A DNA stretch of 64,000 nucleotides from Macrostomum hystrix (GCA_950097015.1 CATNEN010000002.1:2542001-2606000), one strand, 5' to 3'. Shown: positions 1 to 10,986, numbered from the stretch's first letter. Notes: generated by a model not told the origin, from the letters alone. Numbers and translations: made by a program.

Positions 1-414
1 ACGTTCGCTTGCTGGAGCTCTACACCGGTGATGATGTTTACTTTCAATTTTCGAATTACACGCAGGTACCTCTGTACTCCTGCCCTGATGCAGACTAGAG
101 AAGCAGGCGAATATGACTTTCCATCCTGCCACTTCAATTTAAAGTAGAAGTACCTTAAGTACTGATTGAGGGTTTCGGCCGGCACTTCTGAAACGTCTCG
201 TAGTTTCTCACTCGCGAGGAGATTAAGGAAGCGTTCCCCGTGATCTGTCATTACTTAATGCTACTAAAATTAGGCAACCAGTCGACATAGACAAACTTTC
301 AGGCTTTGCTGCAGTGGGCCATAGACAAAGATTTAGGCCTTGATGTGACTCGTACTTATAACAAGTTTCTAGACCTATGTACAAGTCCTATCAACGATAG
401 GAACGGCGATTCTG

Positions 415-850
415 GTGTGGCCGTCAATGACAAAGGACGTGGAGGACTTCGTAGCAACGTGTGACAAGTGTCAGAAGACGGCTCGAATCCCGATCAGCCA
501 CCGGGTGCAGCTTGTGCTAGTGCCTCGAGTGGAGGAGGCCTTCACTAAAGTTATCATCGACCTAAGCGGGCCGTATCCAAGGACGGCGAGCGGTCACCAG
601 TACATCCTGTCAGTTATCGACGCGGTTTCCAGAAGGATTCCCTCTGCGTAAGATCGACGCGGAGTCGCAGGAACGAGAGCTAAAGCCCGTAGATCAGGTG
701 CTGCTGCTGTTGCCATCGACAGCCAAGAAGCTCCCCGCTAAATGGCGCGGCCCCTATGAAGTACTGGAGAAGTGCCGCGAGGTGAACTAACGAATTCGGA
801 TTGGCTCGGCAACCAACACGTTCCACATCTGCTCAAGAAATACAACGCGC
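415..850 (+). pseudogene. Integrase fragments: Zn-binding C-terminal half and start of the core, fused directly to the GPY/F C-terminal domain
   Basis: WPSMTKDVEDFVATCDKCQK and VIIDLSGPYPRTASGHQYILSVID. After a frameshift: FPEGFPLRKIDAES|QERELKPVDQVLLLLPSTAKKLPAKWRGPYEVLEK...FHI. Confidence 0.85.
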
Positions 851-909
851 GACAGTCGATTCTGATGCAGCTGTCAGCGGCAACGACGGGTGCTCCTGCG
901 CTGTCCGAC

Positions 910-1800
910 CGTCTGAGCCCGGACGAGAGGGACCGTCTCCAGCAGCTGGTGCTGGACTTCGCGAACGTCTTCAGTGAGATGCGGTGAAGCACCGAATCTG
1001 GACGACATCTGACCGCGTTGTGCGCATCCAGCCTCTGCGGGAGCTGCAGGCGCATCGATCAACAGGTGCTCCAACAGGAGTTCCAAAGCATGCTGGACCT
1101 CGAGTGATCGGACCGTCAGAAAGTGACTACTGTTCTTCTGTCTAGTGGCCAAGACGGACGACTCGGTCCGATTCACTGTCAACTTCAAGGTGCTGAATAA
1201 GCTGGTGGCTTTCGATTCCTACCCAATGAAGAACATCGAGGATCTGCTGGAGCGAGTCGCCAAGGCCAAGTTCATGTCTAAGCAAGGGCTACTGGCAGAT
1301 TCCTCTGTCCGAGAACTCAAAGCGGCTGACGGCATTCGCGGCCGGTGGCAGGCTCTACCAATTCACCGTATACCCGTGTGTTTAAACGACAGAAGTGCAA
1401 CGCACCAGAGGGCTGGTCCAAACTGTTCCAAGGGCTGGGCAACGCAGACTCATACCTCGACGACATTGCCGTGTTCAGCGATCTTTGAACAGCACGTCCA
1501 CGACCTGAGGGAGGTGTTAGGCCGTTTCCAGGCTGCCTTTCTGACGGTGCAGCCACGCAAATGCTACCTGGGCGGCAACTCGGGGGACTACCTCGGCTTC
1601 AAGCTCGGCGGAGGCCAGATCGGCACGAGCGAGGATCGAGTGCGGACTGCACAGGCTCGACCCCTGACTAAGGCCCAGCTGCGATCAGTGCTCGGAGTGC
1701 TCAACCAATACCATCGGTTCGTGCCCGGCTACTCCGACAAGGTGGCAGCCCTGACGGACCTCACGAAGATGTCGGCGCCTGAGGACCTAAGAGCGGCCTG
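910..1800 (+). pseudogene. Reverse transcriptase remnant (Gypsy type)
   Basis: Linker LSPDERDRLQQLVLDFANVFSE; VRFTVNFKVLNKLVAFDSYPMKNIEDLLERVAKAKF; GYWQIP in a shifted frame; YLDD encoded at 1453-1464 (tacctcgacgac); KCYLG and YLGFKLG; thumb motif LRSVLGVLNQYHRFVPGYS. Confidence 0.9.
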
Positions 1801-1849
1801 GGGAGAACAACAGACTCGAGCCTTCGAGAAAGTGAAGTCTCTGCTGGCG

Positions 1850-2124
1850 AGCGAGCCGGTACTACGCGCGCCGGATTGCAGTCGGCCATTCATTCTGGAG
1901 ACGGACAGCTCGGAGACCGGCATCAGCGCGGTGCTAACGCAAGAGTTCCAGGACGGCAATCATCCTGTGCTATTCGTGTCACGGCGTACCTGCAGATGGA
2001 CCACACAAACCCGCGGCTCCAACGGTGGGCCTTCTATCTGTCTGGCTACGACTACGAGATCCGGTACTAGCCAGGCAGAAGCAATACGGTGGCCGACGGT
2101 CTCAGCCGCATCTGGACTGATTGA
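1850..2124 (+). pseudogene. RNase H (RT_RNaseH-like) remnant, last domain of pol
   Basis: EPVLRAPDCSRPFILETDSSETGISAVLTQE...HPVLFVSR, then NPRLQRWAFYLSGYDYEIRY*PGRSNTVADGLSR (premature TAG at 2068-2070). Confidence 0.88.
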
Positions 2125-2583
2125 TTGACCAAATGATTTACTGACTGACTCAGGATTGAGTGACTGTCCACGTGATTTATTGTACCAGACGGCTCAGTAA
2201 CTGACTTTGCATTGCTGCTTGTTTAATCGATTTTGCAGGACTGTGGGATCGATTGATTTGTAGTGTCTTAGTTTGACCGATTTTGCGTTGCCGATTTGAA
2301 CTCAAGTTTTACTGGTTCCTGCGATTCAATTCTGACTTGAATTATGGTCCGGATTCCTACTTGCGGTGCAGAAATTAACGTCAACTTTTTTGTACATGCC
2401 CGTGGAGTCGTTGCTATAAATAGATGTGTGGTGTGCTCAGAGGCGGTTTGGGCCTCCCTGGCTCAACTTGGAACCTGTGAATCGTGTGTCGATCATTCTT
2501 ACTGGGATCAAAGAATGCAACAAAGTGAAAACGTCATTATTTGATATTACTGCTCGAAGTAAAAACTACGTAAACAAACTTAC

Positions 2584-2743
2584 GAGTACAATCCGTCGAC
2601 TCGGAGCTCATTTTGATCGACCTGGTTTCGTGCGCAACGTCGTTTTTCGCATTGCAAGTGAAGACCAACTGGTGTTCGTCCTTGTCCATAATAAACGTAA
2701 TGTTCGCGTAGCTTCGGTTTCCGATCTGACCCTCGTCAGCCAA
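2584..2743 (-). CDS. Exon of Ig-superfamily gene (C-terminal half of a C2/CD80-like Ig domain)
   Basis: Acceptor ttttaacag|TTG at 2743 and donor C|gtaagt at 2583. Reads LADEGQIGNRSYANITFIMDKDEHQLVFTCNAKNDVAHETRSIKM. Phase 0 start matches the upstream exon ending at 3403. Confidence 0.75.
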
Positions 2744-2920
2744 CTGTTAAAATAAATTCGGAATGTGTGAAGCTAGTCAAAAAGCTACATTGAATTTTGA
2801 GGCTTTCGCAGTGCACCACACTGACAGGGACAAATGTGGAACAGTAATACAACCTGGAGGGAGTTTGCCTGTGCAAGCATCCGTGTCGACTTATACACAG
2901 TCTGTCTGTCTACTGCCCGT

Positions 2921-3276
2921 GGGGGGGTTAGTGGCAGAGCGGTAGCGGTCTAACGCATTTGCCACTCGCACAAAGGTCCCTGAGCTCGATTCCGCGGCGA
3001 GGCCACATTCATTTGGGGCGCAGCCGCAGAGGATGCCCTTGAGGGCCAGCCTCCGAGGCACAGTGAGAGTATACTGCCTGACGATGAGAAATTCAAGGCG
3101 ATGTACACACCTGTGTGGGCGTGTGCATGCGCTCCTGTGTCTGTGTGCTTGTGTGCTCAGGAGTCAGCGGAACGGGCAGAATTGCCTCCTCGCTTGCTGC
3201 AGGTATAGTGTGATTAAATTATATGCTATTGTCTGCAGCCCTCCTGCAATTAATATAATTATTATTATTATTATTA
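2921..3276 (+). mobile_element. tRNA-derived SINE in an intron of the Ig gene
   Basis: Pol III A box TGGCAGAGCGG (2932-2942), B-box-like AGCTCGATTCC (2983-2993), ~260 bp body, (ATT)n tail at ~3258-3276. No clear target-site duplication. Confidence 0.65.
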
Positions 3277-3402
3277 GTATTCTTCTTCTTAATATTTTTT
3301 ATGATTAAGTGTGCATCCTAAACGCATTTTTACTGGCGTTGAATCGAATGTCATCAATTTTGTACAAAATAATTTCAATACTTCAAGATCCAGAACACTT
3401 AC

Positions 3403-3554
3403 AACCACGCCAGGAACGCTTGTGGCATTCTTCCCCAGAACATCCCACCAGACCTTGGCTGGCCGAACAGCGTTTTCATCGTAGCAATACAACCACTGAC
3501 GCCTGCGATCGATGAAAGTCTTCTCCGCCATGATGTATTTCGGTACGGGCTTCC
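3403..3554 (-). CDS. Exon of Ig-superfamily gene (N-terminal half of an Ig domain)
   Basis: Acceptor acaccttcag| at 3554 (phase 1) and donor GTT|gtaagt at 3402 (phase 0). Reads GKPVPKYIMAEKTFIDRRRQWLYCYDENAVRPAKVWWDVLGKNATSVPGVV, with Ig-type Cys and Trp. Confidence 0.75.
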
Positions 3555-3642
3555 CTGAAGGTGTAAATCGAAGCGAAGAGTGCCTATAACAAATACTATA
3601 TGCTTCAAAACTGCCTAGCCAGGGCCACAAGTTTTTTCGTTC

Positions 3643-3707
3643 GGCTGAAGCTCGAACTCCAAACCTCATAGTAAGAAATTCGAAGCTCTAACCATTGAGC
3701 TAAAGCC
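3643..3707 (-). other. Degenerate tRNA-like / SINE-head sequence in an intron
   Basis: Minus strand GGCTTTAGCTCAATGGTTAGAGC...GGAGTTCGAGCTTCAGCC. A box TAGCTCAATGG, partial B box GTTCGA, and only a 4-bp acceptor stem (GGCT/AGCC). The anticodon arm is poor. Confidence 0.4.
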
Positions 3708-3774
3708 ACTAGCTCCAAAGTTACCCCTAGCTCCAGCTCATAAGCTAGCTTTCTTTCAAATTTAGGCCTGGTAC

Positions 3775-4453
3775 CTTCGACTGCAGTGATGAAGACGTTG
3801 TACTCCATGACCTTGGAGAACTGCGCCTCGCGGCCAGGTTGAAAGAAGGTGTGGCAACGGCAATAGTACATGCCAGATCTGTCGTGCTTCGCGCCGGTGA
3901 TGTTCAAATTCGGCTCAGTCTCCGAGTACAATGGAATCATCTTGGGCCAATTGTGTCCGAGCAACTGCCGGGCACTTTTCAGCGGCTTGTACACCCAGGA
4001 ATAGCGATGACATGGCAGCCCGTCGTCATCCAGATTGTTGCTGCTAGGCAGGCATGATAAGATGAGACCTTCACCCTCATTAAGATAGACGTTTCTGGTG
4101 CCTGCGAGTTTTGGAAAAACTTCAATGTCCGCTTTCTTAGAGTCAAAAGTCGCCGATCTTGTTGACTCTGGCTGGCGCTGGCAGCTGAATGTGCCCCAGT
4201 GCTCCACGCCCAGCGGGTTCAGTACAAGATCGTCGCCATCGCGAGACACTCCAGGCGGTAGCAAGTCTGCCTCAGTCTCGTCCATCGAGCTGTAGCGCTG
4301 CTTGTTCTGCGCGCCCAGAGGATTCCCCAGCGATACCGCTGACTTTGCGTTGGCCGGCGTGAACTTCCAGTCGATGGGAATGCTGACCTTGTTTGGACTG
4401 CGGACGATCTTATTGCACTTGAGGCGCACCGCACTGCCCACAGGCTGCTCCAC
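3775..4453 (-). CDS. Large exon of Ig-superfamily gene encoding two Ig-like domains
   Basis: First domain: SAVRLKC...IDWKF...GTFSC. Second: GEGLILSCLP...YSWVYK...NLNITGAKHDRSGMYYC. Donor GAAG|gtacca at 3774 (phase 1, matching the next exon). The 5' boundary is approximate. Confidence 0.8.
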
Positions 4454-4483
4454 CTTGCTGGTTGGTGACGTCAGTTCCCAGAG

Positions 4484-4831
4484 TTAAAGGGCTGCCCTGT
4501 ATACGGGAGACAAAAGAAATACTAAATCCAATGAAGGCATGTCTATATTTGCGATATAATCAAGACATGTGAAGTGGGTGCTCAGATTTGAAACGGTGAA
4601 GTACGAGGACATAATCGCTAAAGAATCATAGTCACGAGGGTCGGGTTTAGGAGCGGAGCAGAGTGCCTTTTTCAGTTGAAAAGACCTCCGGGTACTGAAG
4701 TATTTCAACACAAAATAATATATTTTTCTGCATCTACCTCGTACCAAGATATGATCAATATCTGCTTTTACAGAGAAATGTTTGTTGTCCTTGTCGCCAG
4801 TGTCTTCGACACGAGATTCGTGCGAATTTAT
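4484..4831 (-). other. Unresolved exon/intron segment of the Ig gene
   Basis: Open frame is in phase with the downstream exon but separated by one TAA (4486-4484). Candidate acceptors at 4832, ~4695 and ~4498 could not be joined in a consistent phase by hand. Confidence 0.3.
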
Positions 4832-4894
4832 CTATAGATTGAATATTGAGTACATTCATGAATTCAAATTAAACTGTCTAGTTGGCACACTTAC

Positions 4895-5126
4895 GTGGCT
4901 TAAGAATGATGGGCACTCTTCGACTAATAGTGACATTGTTGACCATGTCGCTGACGTGGCATGTCCAATAGCCGGTGTCATTGTCATTCTTCATGTCGTG
5001 GACGACTGTGCCCGTAAAATTGGCGCCGTTGGCCTGCTGCTTGATGGCTTCGAAGCGCTCCGAAAGACGCCCAGTAGGGAAAGGGAGCCGTGTCAACGTG
5101 GCCCTGAACTGGGCCGGTCGCGACGG
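4895..5126 (-). CDS. Exon of Ig-superfamily gene (second half of an Ig domain)
   Basis: Acceptor caatgcag|CCG at 5126 (phase 0) and donor C|gtaagt at 4894. Reads ...GTVVHDMKNDNDTGYWTCHVSDMVNNVTISRRVPIILKP, with a DxGxWxC F-strand motif. Confidence 0.78.
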
Positions 5127-5204
5127 CTGCATTGTGGAGTGGACGGTTGTGGATTATTGTTAAGTTTCTTAAGTTTTAATGTCATTTAGAGAAGAGCGAC
5201 GAAC

Positions 5205-5590
5205 CTCCATGGGCACAACTGAGCACTTTAGAGTGGTGGTGTCGGGGTCCTTGGGATCGCTTCGCAGCACCACCCTCTTCACCGAGCTGCTTTGCACCGT
5301 CAGGTTAGAAAATGCCACTGCGGACCCGGATCGTCTGTTGAAGCCTTCGCATCTGTACCGACCACTGTCTGACGGGCTGGCGTCCTTGATCACAAGGCGG
5401 GTCGACTTCTCATCGCGCACCTGGTAGATTCGGGACGTATCTGCCAAACGACGTCCATCAGAGTCCTGCCACTCCAGCAGCCAGGCAATGCCGTTGTAGC
5501 CGGGTTTTTGTCGCCTGACCAGGCAAGTCAGCACCACTGTACGACCGGACGGCACATTCAGGGTCTCTGGCTCCACGATTGGAACCACGT
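5205..5590 (-). CDS. Exon of Ig-superfamily gene (complete I-set Ig domain plus start of the next)
   Basis: Acceptor cattcacag| at 5590 and donor GAG|gttcgt at 5204, leaving a 78-nt intron to the next exon. Reads VPSGRTVVLTCLV...WLLEW...TRLVIKDASPSDSGRYRCEG...TTLKCSV. Confidence 0.85.
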
Positions 5591-6531
5591 CTGTGAATGC
5601 ATCGGCCACGGAGTTGACAGTTATGGTACACAACGTGCTGATCCCTGGATAATACACACGGTATAAGATCCCCTCAGATATGAACTGCTTTGAATCTGGC
5701 TTACTTTAAAAAGCTTTTAAAACTTTGGATTTACACTGGACTTGTAAATTTTGTGAACCAACTATTTTTTTCTTGTCCGAGAAGTAGCGTAGTCATGAAG
5801 ACAAGAAGTGCACTTGATATCGCTAGTATATATGCGCTAGTATACTTAGAATATTGAACTCGGCCATTCGATTTGAATGGCAATAATTAGGTCAAGCTTA
5901 AATGGAAACAAAGCTATTGGTTAGCTTACACTCTTTACAATCGGTGAAGAGTTTTGCGTGTTGATCAGACACACGAAACTCCCACTTCTAGACAATGGGG
6001 AACAATTGCCTAGGAATTTATAACAGTCACGTGACACTTACTGCAATTGCTTCTTATTCCTTAAGTAGTTTGTAGTCTTCTGGATCCTTGTAGTCCGGTA
6101 AGTTCTCCTTCTTCTTGTTCTGGTCGACCGTGAGGTTTCGAGTCTGTGTTTCTTGAGTCTTTGTAGTCTTGTCTTCTTTGTCTTCTTGGCAGCTGCTTGA
6201 GTTTGTCTGTTGGCCAATAAATGACGAGAGCGAATCAGATTACTTGTCGGTTTCCTCGAGCTCGGAATTCACAATAGAAACGTGCGCCCTAGTGAACAAT
6301 TGAAATCTCTCTTGTGTCTCTCTAATAGGTCCTCCTGAAGGGCGTCTTCTTCGTTACCTCCGAAAGAAAACGGATAACTCAAATCAAATCAATCAATAAT
6401 CCTCTAGGAATGTATCCTAGGAAACAAGGAGGCCTTTCTCAAATATATCGACGATATGTGGCTCTCGTAAACTTAGTTTGATTCAACAACTATTGCTAGC
6501 AATAAATAACTCTGTCTAATAAAGCGCTTAC

Positions 6532-6627
6532 CACTTGTCTTTCCCTCAGAGATGAGTCCTCTTCTTCGTAAGGTGTTTTGAAGTCCGGTGGACCGCTCCG
6601 AGTCTGAATTTTCAGCTCGGATTTTCG
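6532..6627 (-). CDS. Candidate small exon of unknown product
   Basis: Bounded by aag| and |gtaagc. 96 nt, open in phase 0-0 (RKSELKIQTRSGPPDFKTPYEEEDSSLRERQV). No recognisable motif. Confidence 0.25.
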
Positions 6628-7358
6628 CTTGTATTTATAGTAAAATTTTTGGGAAAAACCGGCTCTACTACCGGGTGTTTACTTAGGTCACACATATTTG
6701 TTTAGTGAGTCATGATTGTGAGTTTTACCATATTTGGAATATTGTGTAAATACAGATACAGAAACCGATGAGTCATAATTGTTTGTTTTACCATATTTGG
6801 AATTCAAGCAAATCCAGCTGTCGAGAACCAGTTCTCCGGTTTCATATCACATGACTTGTTTCTAAAAATAGCGCATGACTCATTCCTAAAAATAGATTAA
6901 ACGTTATGGCTGAGGTTTCCTTGTGGCATTACTTTAAGTAGCGCGTTAAGTAAAAGCATATTTTACAACTCTCTACATCGGGTCGCTGTCCTCATGGTCG
7001 GCCCACAATCTTGTCTGCATAGCCTTCCTCGCAGCTGAAATCGTTGAACAAGGAGAGCAAGCAGCATGCATGAATGAATGCTTGTTTCCTATGTAGAACT
7101 TTCGCTTTTCGAATGTGAAATCTTATCTAACCACAACTCGGCAAGCGTCTATTAGACTCTGCTGAGGTACTGAGGTTTTTTTACTTGATTTTCCTCAATT
7201 ATTCTGTCTGAATTGAACTGTTTTTTGGTCTTACGTGTCACAACCCGGAGAGTTCCTGTAGCCTTCTTTCGCTTTTTTCGTTGCACTTTATGCTCATGTG
7301 GCTTTGTACTTTTAGTATTTTCTTTAGGATGAAACAAAATCTGCAGTCAGCTGCTCAC

Positions 7359-7432
7359 CTTGCAATTGCAGACGTTGTTCTGGCAAATGCCGCCGATGTT
7401 GCAGGTCTTCTTGCAGTCGATGCCAGTGGCGA
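7359..7432 (-). CDS. Short Cys-rich exon, EGF-like module
   Basis: Acceptor gaatttag| and strong donor AAG|gtgagc. Reads ATGIDCKKTCNIGGICQNNVCNCK, with C-x3-C-x2-GG-x-C-x4-C-x-C spacing. Confidence 0.6.
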
Positions 7433-8248
7433 CTAAATTCAGTTATCAAATTGTTGCTCAAACTTTTCTCATTGCTTGCCAAGAGCCAGCTAGTCTTTAA
7501 TCTATATAACTAAAGATGAAAACTATCTATATATATATATGTATGCGCGATCGATTTTCTCAAAAACGGCTTAACTGATTTTCACTATTTCTTCACCAAA
7601 AGATGCCAAATATGGGGACAATTATACACGTATTTTTATTAAGCTTAAATTTATTGCTAAAGGGATTAAATATTCGAAAAACTGTTTTAGATAGGATTTT
7701 TAATGCATTCAATCAGAGCCAGTTTTGTCAACGTGCACACCACTGCCAATTTTAATGATTGCATCAGGGCCAGTTTTGTTAAAAGTGAGTACACTGATAA
7801 GAATTTCACTGTGTCAACCCCACTGGCGAGACAGTCAGTGCGAATTTATTTATAAATAGATTGCATCACATCTTTTCACACCCATGTCAGAATTTCACTG
7901 ACTGCCGCTAAATTGGAATTGCATCGTCAACTTGCGCAACACTCCCTAGCTGACTGAGTTAGAAGCCTGCACGATCTGGACAGAACCTATAAGTGTACTC
8001 TATTTGTACAAAGCCAGAACTTTGAGAATTCATTTTATAAGGCTAATTTTTGCCTCCACAATCCAACAGTCGGAGTAGCCGATGTGTAGGCACTAGGAAT
8101 AGGTTAGGCTAGGCAAGGCGAAGTGTCCTTGGTTCGACTCTGCACTGCGTCAAATATTTGAAATAATTTTCAGTCAGTAGTGATGGATGCAAAGCAAATT
8201 TTTTAATTTTAATTTTGGAAATAAGTGGGAAATTTTTAATTCCCTTAT

Positions 8249-8905
8249 GCCAACCCAGAGTTTGAATCATGGCTAAACCCGAGTTTGAATCAAGGCTAAC
8301 CCAGAGTTTTAATCATGGCTAAACCAGAGTTTGAATCATGGCTAAACAAGCGTCTGAATCATGGCTAAACCAGAGACTAAATCATGGCTACACCAGGGTT
8401 TGAATCATGGCTAAACCAGAGACTAAATGATGGCTACACCAGAGTTTGAATCATGGCTAAACCAGAGACTAAATCATGGCTACACCAGGGTTTGAATCAT
8501 GGCTAAACCAGAGACTAAATGATGGCTACACCAGGGTTTGAATCATGGCTAAACCAGAGACTAAATGATGGCTACACCAGAGATTGAATCATAGCTAAAC
8601 AAGCGTCTGAATCATGGCTAAACCAGAGTTTGAATCATGGCTAAACCAGAGTTTGAATCATGGCTAAACAAGAGTTTGAACCATGGCTAAACCAGAGTTT
8701 GAACCATGGCTAAACCAGAGTTTGAATCATGGCTAAACCAGCGTTTGAATCATGGCTAAACCAGAGCTTGAATCATGGCAAAACCAGAGTTTGAATCATA
8801 GCCAACCAGAGTCTGAATCATGGCAAAACGAGAGTTTGAATCATAGCCCACCAGGGTTTAAAACATGGCGAAATCTGAGTTTGAATCTTGGCTTCCCCAG
8901 CGTTT
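8249..8905 (+). repeat. Minisatellite A, 23-bp unit GGCTAAACCAGAGTTTGAATCAT
   Basis: Direct inspection; about 28 copies. Confidence 0.95.
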
Positions 8906-8916
8906 GAAAAATCAAC

Positions 8917-10986
8917 GTCAACTGGGGAGTCATCATCAAATGGGGGATCATGGTGAACTTGGGGATCATTGTCAACTGGGTGATCATTATCAACTGGGGG
9001 ATCATCATCAACTGGGGGATCTTTGTCAACTGGGGGATCATTGTCAACTGTGGGATCATTGTCAACTGGGGGATCATTGTCAACTGGGGGATCATTGTCA
9101 ACTGGTGGATCGTTGTCAACTGGGGGTTCATTGTCAACTGGGTGATAATCATCAACTGGGGGATCATTGTCAACTGGGGGAACATTGTCAACTGGAGGAA
9201 CATTGTTAACTGGGGATCATCATCAATGGGGAGTCATCATCAACTGGGGGATCATTGTTAACTGGAGGATCTTTGTCAACTGGGGGATCATTGTCAACTG
9301 GGGGATTATTGTCAACTGGGGGATCATTGTCAACTGGGGGATCATTTTCAACTGGGTGATCATCATCAACTGGGGGATCATCATCAACTGGGGGATCATT
9401 GTCAACTGGGGGATCATTGTCAACTCGGGGATCATTGTCAACTGGGGGATCATTGTCAACTGGGGGATCATTGTCAACTGGGTAATCATCATCAACTGGC
9501 GGATCATTGTCAACTGGGGGTTCATTATCATCTGGGGGATCATTATGAACTGGGGGATCATTGTCAGCTGGGTGATCATTATCAAGTGGGGGATCATCAT
9601 CAACTGGGGGATCATTGTCAACTGGGGAATCATTGTCGACTGGGGAATCATTGTCAACTGGGGGGATCATTGTCAACTGGGGGATCATCATCAACTGGGG
9701 GATCATCATCAACTGGGGGATCATTGTCAACTGGGGGATCATTGTCAACTCGGGGATCATTGTCAACTGGGGGATCATTGTCAACTGGGGGATCATTGTC
9801 AACTGGTGGATCGTTGTCAACTGGGGGTTCATTGTCAACTGGGTGATAATCATCAACTGGGGGATCATTGTCAACTGGGGGAACATTGTCAACTGGAGGA
9901 ACATTGTTAACTGGGGATCATCATCAATGGGGAGTCATCATCAACTGGGGGATCATTGTTAACTGGAGGATCTTTGTCAACTGGGGGATCATTGTCAACT
10001 GGGGGATCATTGTCAACTGGGGGATCATTGTCAACTGGGGGATCATTGTCAACTGGGGGATCATTGTCAACTCGGGGATCATTGTCAACTGGGGGATCAT
10101 TGTCAACTGGGGGATCATTGTCAACTGGGTAATCATCATCAACTGGCGGATCATTGTCAACTGGGGGTTCATTATCATCTGGGGGATCATTATGAACTGG
10201 GGGATCATTGTCAGCTGGGTGATCATTATCAAGTGGGGGATCATCATCAACTGGGGGATCATTGTCAACTGGGGAATCATTGTCGACTGGGGAATCATTG
10301 TCAACTGGGGGGATCATTGTGAACTGGGGGATCATCATCAACTGGGGGATCATCATCAACTGGGGGATCATTGTCAACTGGGGGATCATTGTCAACTCGG
10401 GGATCATTGTCAACTGGGGGATCATTGTCAACTGGGGGATCATTGTCAACTGGGGGATCATTGTCAACTGGTGGATCGTTGTCAACTGAGGGTTCATTGT
10501 CAACTGGGTGATAATCATCAACTGGGGGATCATTGTCAACTGGGGGAACATTGTCAACTGGAGGAACATTGTTAACTGGGGATCATCATCAATGGGGAGT
10601 CATCATCAACTGGGGGATCATTGTCAACTGGGTAATCATCATCAACTGGCGGATCATTGTCAACTGGGGGTTCATTATCATCTGGGGGATCATTATGAAC
10701 TGGGGGATCATTGTAAGCTGGGTGATCATTATCAAGTGGGGGATCATCATCAACTGGGGGATCATTGTCAACTGGGGAATCATTGTCGACTGGGGAATCA
10801 TTGTCAACTGGGGGGATCATTGTCAACTGGGGGATCATTGTCAACTGGGGGATCATTGTCAACTGGGGGATCATTGACAACTGGGGGGATCATTGTCAAC
10901 TGGGGGATCATTGTCAACTGGGGAATCATTGTCAACTGGGGGATCATTGTCAACTGGGGGATCATTGTCAACTGGGTGATCATTGT
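8917..10986 (+). repeat. Minisatellite B, 18-bp unit GTCAACTGGGGGATCATT, with ~0.7-kb higher-order repeats
   Basis: Direct inspection. Identical marker blocks at 9167, 9868 and 10533 (spacing 701 and 665 bp). Confidence 0.95.

Larger units (their letters stand above)
415..2124 (+). mobile_element. pol: Degenerate Ty3/Gypsy LTR-retrotransposon pol relic, Gmr1-like domain order (integrase, then RT, then RNase H); frameshifted and internally deleted; no LTRs recognised
   Basis: Manual translation gives integrase motifs at 415-850, RT motifs at ~910-1800 and RNase H at ~1850-2124. The frame ends ...ADGLSRIWTD*. Multiple frameshifts and stops. Confidence 0.9.

Noticed and set aside
1-410. Possible decayed coding sequence upstream of the integrase
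   Set aside because: All frames are interrupted and I recognise no motif, so it cannot be assigned.
738-1959. Antisense and alternative-frame ORFs over the Gypsy relic
   Set aside because: Shadow ORFs of GC-rich pol sequence with no motifs.
2125-2580. 3' LTR or polypurine tract of the Gypsy element
   Set aside because: No clear PPT, TG...CA boundaries or second copy in the window.
6708-6803. Imperfect ~62-bp-period duplication (GAGTCAT...TTTTACCATATTTGGAAT)
   Set aside because: Only two degenerate copies; ordinary intronic micro-duplication.
7152-7337. Lys-rich 61-aa minus-strand ORF
   Set aside because: Low-complexity, A-rich sequence. The nearest acceptor is only ~18 nt from the upstream donor, so it is probably intronic.
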